Assembly (NCBI RefSeq): GCF_009914755.1
Contig: NC_060928.1
DNA from: the human T2T-CHM13v2.0 reference genome, Homo sapiens
Direction: 5' to 3' (one strand)
DNA: 64,000 bases
Shown: one piece after another, positions 38,014 to 53,392 of the stretch
How positions within the stretch are numbered: position 1 is the stretch's first letter
How the letters are laid out: every line of letters begins with the position of its first letter
Notes under the pieces: generated by a model
Databases searched by the model: none
What the model saw: the letters and a program-made list of their open reading frames with translations, nothing else
Told to the model about the DNA's origin: nothing
Position numbers and translations under genes: made by a program

Positions 38014-41000
38014 ATAGTCAACATTCTGAAAGAAAAGAATTTTCAACCAAGAGTTTCATATCTGGCCATACTAAGCTTCATAAGCAAAGGAGAAATAAGA
38101 TCCTTTTCAGACAAGCAAATGTGGAGGGAATTTGTTACCACCCAACCTGCTTTACAAGAGCTCCTGAAGGAAGTGCTAAATATGGAAAGGAAAGACTGTT
38201 AGCAGCCACTACAATAACACACTTAAGTACACCAACCAGTGACACTATAAAGCAACAACACAAACAAGTGTGCAAAACAGCCAGCTAACAGCATGATGAC
38301 AGGATCAATCCACACATATCAATACTAATCCTGAATGTAAATGGGCTAAATGCCCAATTGAAAGGCACAGAGTTGCAAGCTGGGTAAAGAAGAAAGACTC
38401 AATGGTATGCTGTTTTCAAGAGACTCATCTCCCATGCAATGACACCCAGAGGCTCAAAATAAAGGGATGAAGAAAAATCTACCAAGAAAATGGAAATCAG
38501 AAGAAAAGCAGGGGTTACAATCCTAATTTCAGACAAAACAGACTTTAAACCAACACAGATCACAAGAAAACACAAAGAAGGCCATTACATAGTGGTAAAG
38601 GATTCAATTCAACAAGAAGACCTAACTATCCTAAATATATATGCACCCAACACAGAAGCACCCAGTTTCATAAAGCAAGTTCTTAGAGACCTTCAAATAG
38701 ACTTAGACTCCCAAGCAATAATAGTGAGAGACTTCAACACCCTACTGACAGTATGAGACAGATCATCAAGGCAGAAAATTAGCAAAGATATTCAGGACCT
38801 GAACGCAACATTGGACCAATTAGACCTGATTGACATCCACAGAACTCTACAACCATAAGCACCAAAATATACATTCTTCTCACCACCACATGGCACATAC
38901 TCTAAAGATGACCACACAATTGGACATAAAACAATCCTCAGCAAATGCAAAAGAACTGAAATCACACCAGCCACTCTCTTGGACCACAGTGCAATAAAAA
39001 TAGAAATGAAGACTAAGAAAATTGCTCAAAACCATACGATTACATGGAAATTAAACAAACTGCTCCTGAATGACTTTTGGGTAAATAATGAAATTAAGGC
39101 ACAAATCAAGAAATTCTTTGAAACTAGTGAGAACAATGATACAACATACCAGGATATCTGGGGCACAGCCAAGGCAATATTAAGAGGGAAATTTATAGCA
39201 CTAAACACTCATATGAAAAAGTTAGAAAGTTCTCAATTTAAAAACCTAACATCACAACAGAAAGAACTAGAGAAGTAAGAGTAAACCAATCCCAAAGCTA
39301 GCAGAAGATAAGAAATAACCAAAATGAGAGCTGAACTGAAGGAGATTGAGACATGAAAACTATGCAAAAGATCAATGGACCCAGGAGTTTGTTTTTTTGA
39401 AAAAGTTAATAAAACAGATAGACTGCTAGCTAGACTAATGAAGAGAAAAACAAGCAATGGGGAAAGGATTTCTTATTCAGTAAATGGTTCTGGGATTCAA
39501 TAAATAGTATGCTTGTGCATACACAGAAGAAGATTGAAACTGGATGCCTTCCTTATACCATATACAAAAACCAACTCAAGGTGGATTAAGGACTTAAATG
39601 TAAAACCCAAAACTAAAAACCCTGGAAGACAACCTAAGCAGTACCATTTTGGACGTAGAAACTGGTAAATATTTCATGATGAAGACATCAAAAGCAACTT
39701 GCAACAAAAGCAAAAATTGACAAATGGAATCTAATTAAACTAAAGAGCTGCTGTGCAGTAAAAGAAACTATTGAATAGGCAAACATTTCATGATGAAGAC
39801 AGCAAAAGCAATTGCAACAAAAGCAAAAATTGACAAATGGGGTCTAATTGAACTAAAGAGCTGCAGTAAAAGAAACTATCAACAGAGTAAACAGCCAACC
39901 TACAGAATGGGAGAGAGTATTTGCAAATTTTACATCTAACAAAGGTATTATACCTAGCATATATAAGGAACTTAAACAAATTTACAAGAAAGAAACAAAC
40001 AACCCCATTAAAAAAGGTCAAAGGTCATGAACAGTTTTCAGAAGAAATCATACACGCAGCCAACAGCATATGAAAAAATCTTTATATCATTGATCATTAG
40101 AGAAATGCAAATCAAAACCACAATGAGATACCATCTCACACCAGTCAGAATGACTGCTACTAAAAAGTGAAAAAAAAAGAACAAACAGATGCTGGTGAGG
40201 TTGCAGAGAAAAGGGAACACTTATGCACTGCTGGTGGGAATGTAAATTAGTTCCACCATTGTGGAAAACAATGTGGGGATTCTCAAAGAGCTAAAGACAG
40301 AACTACCAGTTGACCCAACAATCCCATTACTGGGTATATACTCAAGTGAGTATAAATCATTCCATTGTAAAGATACATGCAGCCACATGCTCACTGCAAC
40401 ACTTTTCACAATGGTGAAGACATGGAATCAACCTAAATGCCCATCAGACTAGAAGAAGAAAATCTAGTACATATACACCATGGAATACTATGCAACCATA
40501 AAAAAGAATGAGATCATGTCCTTTGCAGAAACATGGATGGAGCTGGTGGCCACTATCCTTAGCAAACTAATACAGGAACAAAACAAAATACCATGTTTTT
40601 ACTTATAAGCGGGAGCTAAAAAATGAGAATACATGGACACATAGAGGGGGAAAATGCACACTGGGTCCTACTTGAGGGGAGAGGGTGGGGAAGGGAGGGA
40701 ATCAGAAAAAATAATCTATTGTGTATCAGAGCAGTGTATAGAAAATATATACTGTTGGTGTATATATTTGGTGTATATATTGTTGGTGTACACTGTTGGT
40801 ATAAGCATAAAGTTGTTTTGGTATGCATTGGGCAGTGCCTATGAAAAATTATTAAGAATTTTAATGGCTTTTATACTGACTAAGCAATTCAATTCCCAGA
40901 TACATGTTTAAAGAACAGCTAGGAAATGTGTGCAAGAAGTCTTATTCAAAAATTTTAATTGTACCAATGTTTTAATTAGGCCAAGTTTGAAAAACAAAAC

Positions 41001-42334
41001 AATGCCAAATACCTGAATTTCTATCAATAAAATAATGGTTACATAATTATAGGGTACAACTATAGTTTTGCATATTATAATTCAGTTAAAAAGAGTAGGT
41101 TACGTCTATCTTACACATAAAGACTCCCAGGACACATTGTTAAATAAAACCAGAAAGTAGCTGAGTAATACACACAATATGTTATAATTTAAGGGGAAAA
41201 ATAGCACCCAGTAAAACTAAACCAGTGTGGTTAAACACGTATAAAAAGATCTAGAAGAATATGCTGTCAATAGTCTTACTTCTGGAAAGGGGACTGGAAT
41301 TGGAGGTTGGTCAAGAGAGCACAATTACATTATATAGCTTAATATTTAAAATATGAGACTGTATTCACATATTAATTATACAATTAATAAACTCATAAAT
41401 AAGAGCAATACATACTATAAAAAGACGCAAACAGAAAGTACAGAAGTGTATTAAATAGAAAGTGAACGTTTCCCTGTGAAACCTCTAGAACATAACCACC
41501 ACAAAACCTTACATATCTTCTCCTAAAAATGTTTGTGCATGTATACAAACAAGTGATTTTTGTTTTTGAGAAATAAGATCATGTTCTAACTCTTAAAATT
41601 TTAATATATTATAATATCTGACACCTTTTAACAATAATTCACTCATTTAACAACTGTTTATTGAGCACATGCTCAGCACCAAACACTTTTCTAGGGTTGC
41701 CACTATTGTAGGCATGTAGATCTAACTCTTCCCTTTCACAAAATTGTGCAACGTTCTACTAATTGGATTCACTGTGATATTATGTTTTGCCAATACCTGA
41801 TTTATGGAAATTTAGGTTGTTCCTACTTTTATACATGACACACACTGCCGTGATACACTTCAATGTTCAGAACTTGTACAGACATCTTTGCACACTTGTT
41901 TTGATATTTCCCTAGGATAAATTCCCCATAGTGGGATTGCTGGGCTAAAGGGAGTACACAATAAAATATTACTACGCCTTTTCACATTGTCTGTAGAAAT
42001 CTTGTAAGATCAAGGTATGAGAATTCTTGATCCCAAATGCCTTCAACAATATTAGAAATTGTGTATCTTTTAAGTCTTTGGTGATGTGGAAGTCAAAATT
42101 ACATCTCTGTTGGTTTTTTTTTCTTTTTTTATTATACTTTAAGTTTTAGGGTACATGTGCACAATGTGCAAGTTTGTTACATATGTATACATGTGCCATG
42201 TTGGTGTGCTGCACCCATTAACTCGTCATTTACATTAGGTTTATCTCCTAATGCTATCCCTCCCCCATTCCCCCACCCCACAACAGGCCCCGGTGTGTGA
42301 TGTTCCCCTTCCTGAGTCCAACTGTTCTCATTGT

Positions 42335-46162
<3,828 letters not shown>

Positions 46163-46225
46163 TATGATGTTAGCTGGTTATTTTGCTCATTAGTTGGTGC
46201 AGTTTCTTCCTAGCCTTGAAGGTCT

Positions 46226-47242
46226 TTACAATTTGGCATGTTTTTGCAGTGACTGGTACCGGTTGTTCCTTTCCATGTTTAGTGCTTCCTTCAGGAGCTC
46301 TTGTAAGGGAGGTCTGGTGGTGACAAAATCTCTCAGCATTTGCTTGTCTGTAAAGGATTTTATTTCTCCTTCACTTATGAAGCTTAGTTTGGCTGGATAT
46401 GAAATTCTGGGTTGAAAATTCTTTTCTTTAAAAATGTTGAATATTGGCCCCACTGTCTTCTAGCTTGTAGAGTTTCTGCCAAGAGATCAGCTGTTAGTCT
46501 GATGGGCTTCCCCTTTGTGGGTAACCCAACCTTTCTCTCTGGCTGCCCTTAACATTTTTTCCTTCATTTCAACTTTGGTGAATCTGACAATTATGTGTCT
46601 TGGAGTTGCTCTTCTCAAGGAGTAACTTTGTGGCATTCTCTGTATTTCCTGAATTTGAATGTTGGCTTGCCTTGCTAGATTGGGGAAGGTCTCCTGGATA
46701 ATATCTTGCAGAGTGTTTTCCAACTTGGTTCCATTCTCCCTGTCACTTTCAGGTACACCAATCAGAAGTAGATTTGTTCTTTTCACATAGTCCCATATTT
46801 CTTGGAGGTTTTGTTCATTTCTTTTTATTCTTTTTTCTCTAAACTTCTCTTCTCACTTCATTTCATTTATTTGATCCTCCATCATTGATACCCTTTCTTA
46901 CAGTTGATTGAATCGGCTACTGAAGCTTGTGCATTCGTCATGTAGTTCTCATGCCATGGTTTTCAGCTCCATCAGGTCCTGTAAGGACTTCTCTGCATTG
47001 GTTATCCTAGTTAGCCATTTGTCTAATCTTTTTTCAAGGTTTTTAACTACTTTGCCAAAGGTTCGAACTTCTTCCTTTAGCTCAGAGAAGTTTGATCGTC
47101 TGAAGTCTTCTTCTCTCAACTCATCAAAGTCATTCTCCTTCCAGCTTTGTTCCATTGCTGATGAAGAGCTGCATTCCTTTGGAGGAGGAGAGGCACTCAA
47201 TTTTTAGAATTTTCAGTTTTTCTGCTCTGTTTTTCCCCCCAT
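46226..47242 (-). pseudogene. L1 ORF1p, frameshifted
   Basis: Fragments SSAMEQSWKENDFDELREE, NLLLIGVPESD, KNFQPRISYPAKLSF in different frames. Confidence 0.93.
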
Positions 47243-48380
47243 CTTTGTGGTTTTATCTACCTTTGGTCTTTGACGATGGTGACGTACAGATGGGGTTTTG
47301 GTGTGGATGTCCCTTCTCCTTGTTAGTTTTCCCTCTCACAGGCAGGACCCTCAGCTGTAGGTCTGTGGGAGTTTGCTGGAGGTCCACTCCAGACCCTGTT
47401 TGCCTGGTTATCAGCAGTGGAGGCTCAGTTGGAAATGTAGAAATCATCCATCTTCTGCCTCACTCATGCTGGGAGTTGTAGACTGGAGCTGTTCCCATTC
47501 AGCCATCTTGGAACCGCCCCCACATGTCCATTATTTTAACTTGTATGTCTTTGGTGATAAATGTGGTTAAGCCTATTTCAAAGCTCTATTAACCATTTTT
47601 ATCTTTTTATGAATTGCCTGTTCACATCTTTTGTTTATTTTCTGCTGTAATATTCATCTTTTTCTTATTCAAGTATTCTAAAGACATTAAACTGATGTTT
47701 GCCAAATATTTTCAAAATCTGGTACATTGAAGTCTTGTGCTTCCCTTAAAAACATGCATGGCTGAAGACTGGCTGGGCTAAATAATCGCAAAACTAATTA
47801 GTGGTAGGACAGAAATGGACTTTAAGGGACCTGACTCCCGGTATAGGGTTTTATCCCACTTCACCCTGGTGCTTCCAGAAAAGATAAAAGAGTTTTGTAA
47901 TAATCAGAAGTAAAAATATTAACATATCAGTCACTGTTCTATTAGCTTAAAGCAGCAAAGGGTAAATTATGTTGTTTGCCAATGTTTTACAATACTTCTC
48001 ATAACAGCTTTAAAGCCACAAATTCTTGGCTAAGTCCTGCTGATTCTACAAATATTAAGGTCCTAGGTATTACAGTTTTGAATTAGTCAGAATTCTTTGG
48101 GCTACAAGTTACAGATAACTAACTTGAATCAGTTTAAGGTCAGCAGAGGCATATTGGAAAGATTTTAGGACAAGCCACTATCTGTGGGAAGAGCTGACAT
48201 GTGATGCCTGCTTTGGGGCTTAGAGTCTTGATCACTAATAACCTTCAAGACTTGCTCTTTTTCACCCCTGGTTTCTCTCCTGTGGCAGACTGATTTGTCA
48301 ACATGGAGGTAAAAATGGTGACCAACGGTTCCTGAGCCTCACTCTCCTTGATTATACTTCTACACAATGACTTGATTATA

Positions 48381-48496
48381 TTAGGTTGGTGAAAAACGAA
48401 TTGCGGTTTTGCCACTAAAAGTAATGACAAATTAGAAGTAATGGCAATGCCATTAAAAGTAATGACAAAAACTGCATTACTTTTGCACCAACCTAA
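48381..48496. mobile_element. MADE1 MITE (Hsmar1-derived) with expanded centre, 116 bp
   Basis: TA-flanked TIRs TTAGGTTGGTGAAAAACGAATTGCGGTTTT / AAAACTGCATTACTTTTGCACCAACCTAA; central TAAAAGTAATG(A/G)CAA-like unit three times. Confidence 0.93.
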
Positions 48497-48530
48497 TACT
48501 ACTACTAGATTATACCCATTTCACTTTGCC

Positions 48531-48593
48531 TCTGCTATTTTAAAACTCAACACTGATAGTGACACTAATAGTGTTGAGTTTTAAAATAGCAGA
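48531..48593. repeat. 63-bp near-perfect palindrome with perfect 24-bp arms
   Basis: TCTGCTATTTTAAAACTCAACACT (48531-48554) and its exact reverse complement at 48570-48593. Confidence 0.97.
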
Positions 48594-49259
48594 AAACAAT
48601 TATAATTAAGTCACCTTTAGTCTAGTGCCCACTGCTTGCCTATGAGAAAAGCCAGCATCCATTCAAGCCCTGTGTTTGGAGTAGGCAAGGACATTCCCCA
48701 GAAGGAACAGGGGAGACATTCTGAAGATGGAAGGGGCACTTGCCACTATCCCAGTCTAGAGGGACCCATGTGCTAACCTGCTCCCCATCTCCCCTCCAAT
48801 AGTTTTGTGTTTCTATGTCACACATACCTATTAATCTAGTTCAGGGAGAGCACATGCTGACTGATTAGTCATGGCTGTCTCATGGGATAATAGGAGACTA
48901 GTTCTGATATCTCAGAGAATAGAGTGCTCTTATCAGATAGTTATGTCTGCCATAAATGTGAGAAGGGAGGAGCAGCACTTGTTTTGGGTAATTTCCATTC
49001 CTTTTCAAGTTCTTCTGTGTTTCAAATGTAATCAAAAGGTTAAAAAAGGTGCTTCATTTTCTTCCCCCAGTAGAATTGTTGAGAACGAGGATGTCTTCTT
49101 CACTATGTCAGTGTTAGTCGCAAACAGTAAGAGATGAGTGAAAGGTGGCTGGGATGTGGCACGGCAGAAGCTATTTTTTTTTTTTTGAGTATGCTAATGT
49201 GGGTACTTGTAAAAACTGATACTGCTTAATATTCCAAACTCTGTGATTCTTTCCTTATG

Positions 49260-50109
49260 TTGCTTACTAAAGTTTTATTCAGCATCCACTCTGTGACAGA
49301 CACTGTGCTGGGCTCTAGGAATATAAAAGAGAGAAAAAAAATAGCTCTTGTCCTCCAGGAGCTCTTTCTTTATTAGTGGTGAGACCCAAGTAGATGAAGG
49401 AGTTTCAAGTGGTCAAGTAGAGTGACTTATTTCTAGAGTTGTGCGGAGTAATTTAGAAGCACAGAGGCTGGGCAGCTAAATGAGACAGGTAGGAAAAGAG
49501 GGCTTCTCTGAAGGGTAGCACTTGAGCAGTTTGGAAGGACAAGATGAAGATGCTAAAGAATTAAGGAAGAGAATGGAAGGGATTCCAGGGGAATTTTAGA
49601 GGGAACGAACTGAAATGTCATGGAGGTAGTAAACAGCATGACATACGTAGGGAGTAATTAGTTGTTCAGTGAGGTTGGAGCAAGGATGTGTATAAGGGTG
49701 TGACAGGGATAAGATTAGAGTGACAGGCAAAAGCAAGGACAAAAAGGACCTCAAAGGCTAAGCCAAAGAGACTGGCTTTTATCCTGGAAATTGTAGAGCC
49801 ATAAAGGATTTTCAGCAAGAGAGTAGTGACAAGTTCAGATTTGTAATTTAGAAATATCTCTGGAACTCTACAGGATTTGAATGGGTTGAATGAGTTGAAA
49901 TTGTGGGCAGAGGGACCCCATCAGAGACTCTTGCTGAAACCTTGTCAGATAAGAGATGACAAGGACTTAACTAGAAAAGTGGCCTGGAAAAGGAAAGTAC
50001 AGAGCAGGTGCAATTAGTACCAGGAAGGTGGAATCCTCAGGACAAAGTAACTAGCTAGATGGGGGTGGGCATGAGGGAAAAGGAAACAGTCTAGGTTGGT
50101 TCTCAGGTT
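49260..50109 (-). mobile_element. L2 fragment (resumes briefly after 51050)
   Basis: TTTATTCAGCATCCACTCTGTGACAGACACTGTGCTGGGC tail, GGCTTTTATCCTG, GGATTTTCAGCA motifs. Confidence 0.7.
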
Positions 50110-51049
50110 TGTTAACCAAAAATAAAATCCTAAGCCTCCCCACCTACTGAACTGACCCCCTCTTGGTCAAGGGGACCCCAGGAAAACGTGAAAAACTGCA
50201 TTCCTGTCCATGATGAATAATGAAGTCATACCCTCTCCCTTTTGGGGTTTAGGCACAATTGACCAGCATTAACACTGAAATAGTGAAAGACTGACAAAAC
50301 AGACTCTTTTTGTCAATAAGATATCAAATTCCAACCTGACTCTGGTATAGCATCACATGACAGATAGCACACCCTGAAGGAAATGAAAATATTTTACCCC
50401 TAAATATATTTCTTTGACATATTTTGAAATGTCCTGCAAAGCCATGTCTTGTGGAGGAAACCTGCATCTGTAAAGAATCTTCATTAATGCAGCCAGAACT
50501 TCCCTTTCTAGGTCTTTCCTGGATCTAGGAGAGATTAAATGAGAGTCTGACACCTTAAAGTTCTGAAGAGAGACATTTACCATCTATTCTCTCTGAAGGC
50601 TGCTATCTGGAGTCTTCATCTATATTATGATCTTATTACAACATTGGTCTCCACAACCCGCCCCTTATCTTAACTCAAACATTTCTTCCTACAGACTTCA
50701 GATCTTTAGACAAAGCTTAACTCTTTCAACCAACTGCCAATTAGAAAATCTTTGAATCCACCTATGACCTGTAAGCCCCCTCACCCAACCCCTCACCTCT
50801 CCTCCCACCCCCCAACTTCAACATATCTTGCCTCTTTAGGCTGAACCCATGTATACCTTTCATGTATTGATTTATGAATTTACTTATAATTCTTGTCTTC
50901 CTAAAATGCATAAAGCAAAACGGTAACCTGACTGCCTTGGTTATACTTTTTCAAGATAGCTTGAGACTGTACCCTGGGGCATGGTCACTCATATTGGCTC
51001 AGAGTAAATCTCTTTAAATATTTTACAGAATTTGGTTATTCTGTTAACA
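50110..51049 (+). mobile_element. MER4-family ERV1 solo LTR
   Basis: TGTTAACCAAAAATAAAATCCTAAGCC start, CATATTGGCTCAGAGTAAATCTCTTTAAATATTTTACAGA...TTAACA end. Confidence 0.85.
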
Positions 51050-52013
51050 TGCTTCTGGCTTGGATACCTGGAAGAAGGCTGATGTCTGTTTCCAAGATGG
51101 AGAACCCAGAGGGAAGTGTTTGATTGATGGCCAAATGTAAGGAAGGCTTGACTTTTAGAGGGATTTTAAATTTATCTAAACTAATGGCATTAAGGCTTAC
51201 AAAAGTTAATGATAATCCCATATTATTGATGCAACTGCATTATTTTAATCATCTAAATTTGCATATTATCATATATGAACATATTTAAATTTTTTCAATT
51301 CTAAGCATATATTAAATCATTTCAATGACTGCAATTACTGGAAAGATCCCTTTGTTTCCATTTCCCCAGATGACAGGTTACAGAAGGTCATTTAGTAGGC
51401 CTGATAATCATTAACTAATACAACTTAATTGAAGTTTCAAATTCTGTGTTGACAGGAATTGAATATTCAAAGGCAATGACATTGATTAACTGTAAGAGAT
51501 TACTTCTTTTCAGATGATGCAATAACTGATGTTATTTTCAAATGAAAAAGAAAGGGATTTACATGCTAAGTATTTTCCTTGTGTTGCTTTCAATAGGGCC
51601 ATCTAAAAACAATAAAATCATCAGGTTTTCAGTGCAGCATCAGAACCAAGGTGAAAAAGTTCCCTTTTCTAATAACAAAACTGTTACCCCAATTAATACT
51701 CAAAAGAAGTCCAACTAGATGAATAAAGGAGTCCATCATCTCCTGAACTGGAAGCAGACATTCCAGCATCTTCCAGGGTCTTCACTCTTTTATTCTCTGC
51801 CTGATATTCTGACCTTCAAAAGACAAAAGTGTGTTGTGTTGCATGTTAGTTGAAACCATCCACACTCCCATGAAGGTCTAGATGTAGGGTTAAGCAGAAT
51901 CAACAGTGAAGTGTCTGTGCACTCTACCCATGGTAGTTATTCCTTTGGCCGAGACTGCTGGTTGCTTTCCCAGTCTCTCTTCCTTCTCTACCTTAGCAAC
52001 AGATTGTATTTGG

Positions 52014-52076
52014 GACAGCCATATACCAAGCTAATGACAGCTATATACCAAGCTAATGACAGCCATATACCAAGCT
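52014..52076. repeat. 22-bp tandem repeat, about 2.9 copies, in a probable old ERVL LTR
   Basis: GACAGCCATATACCAAGCTAAT repeated with one mismatch. Confidence 0.93.
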
Positions 52077-53081
52077 GCATTTCTGAACTTTCCTTGCATT
52101 TATAGGTGGACAATCAATAAAATGTATGAGGAATGTTGTTGGATGGGGCTTCCTGGAAATTCCTTAAAAGGGCCTGATTCAGCTGGGATGAGTTCCTTTT
52201 TGCCACCTAATAAAAAACAGCCCTAATTTATAGACCACTATAGTCAGGTCACATTGCAAACAGACAGAAGCAATTCCTCACTGGTAAAAATTACCATAAG
52301 CATTGAAAAGTTGTGCTTCAATACTTCTCTGAACCATAAAACAAATCCTCTCATCATCTTTATGTGATACAAGAGGGTAAACACTGCTATTTACATCTGA
52401 AGGACCAGTTACAAAAAGTCCTCAGGCCTGAACGTTTTTAAATTCAGTAGGTAAGGGACAGAAAACCCTGCTACGGCTGGATCTGGGCCCTGAGTGAAAA
52501 GATCTTTGTTCTTTTCACTGGATCCTTCAGTAACCGAAATAAAGTAATTAGAAAGTCTTTTTAGAAAGTCAGTTTATCTAACAGATTAGTGGTTTATAAT
52601 TTAATAACATAGCAGTCCATATGTTGTTATGAAGTACCTGTGAGAGAGAGAAGAATGGAGATGTGGTTAAGAGTGGAATCCTAGCTCAATCACTTTCTGA
52701 CTCTAGGACCCTGAACCAGGTGCTTTAAAAGAAAAAGCTTTATCTAAAATGAGAATGATAGTGGCAACCAACTCAGAGAGTTGTATGAAGATTAAATGAG
52801 GTAATAGATGTTTGGTTCTTCACACCTGTCTTGGAAACTAATAAATAAGCAGTTCATGTTAGCCATTATTATTTTATAGCCCACAGAAACCAACATTTTA
52901 GCTATAATTAGGTTCAGAGATAAGAAATAGAAAGAGCTCAAGTAACTGTAGCTTAGATAAGGTAAAAATAATTGTCATGTAAAAGTCCAGATTTCTGTTT
53001 TCTGTGCCTGGAATGGTGGCTCTTCTCCATGAGGTTCTTCCTCCAACTTAAATATTAACTCTGCTATTTAATTTTTCCTAG

Positions 53082-53392
<311 letters not shown>

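Larger units (their letters stand above)
35271..40712 (+). mobile_element. Older primate L1 (late L1PA/L1PB type) with long 5'UTR, decayed ORF1/ORF2, RT-region deletion and missing 3' tail
   Basis: 5' CAAGATGGCC (YY1 motif), ORF1 fragments (36999-37217), EN fragments (LTILNIYAPN, 38490-38756), C-terminal WNQPKCPS; no poly(A). Confidence 0.92.

Noticed and set aside
50106-51053. TSD for the MER4 LTR
   Set aside because: Flanks GGTT and TGCT match only 2 of 4; not claimed.
52014-52076. 22-bp repeats as a CRISPR-like array
   Set aside because: Head-to-tail with no spacers, eukaryotic context, no cas genes.
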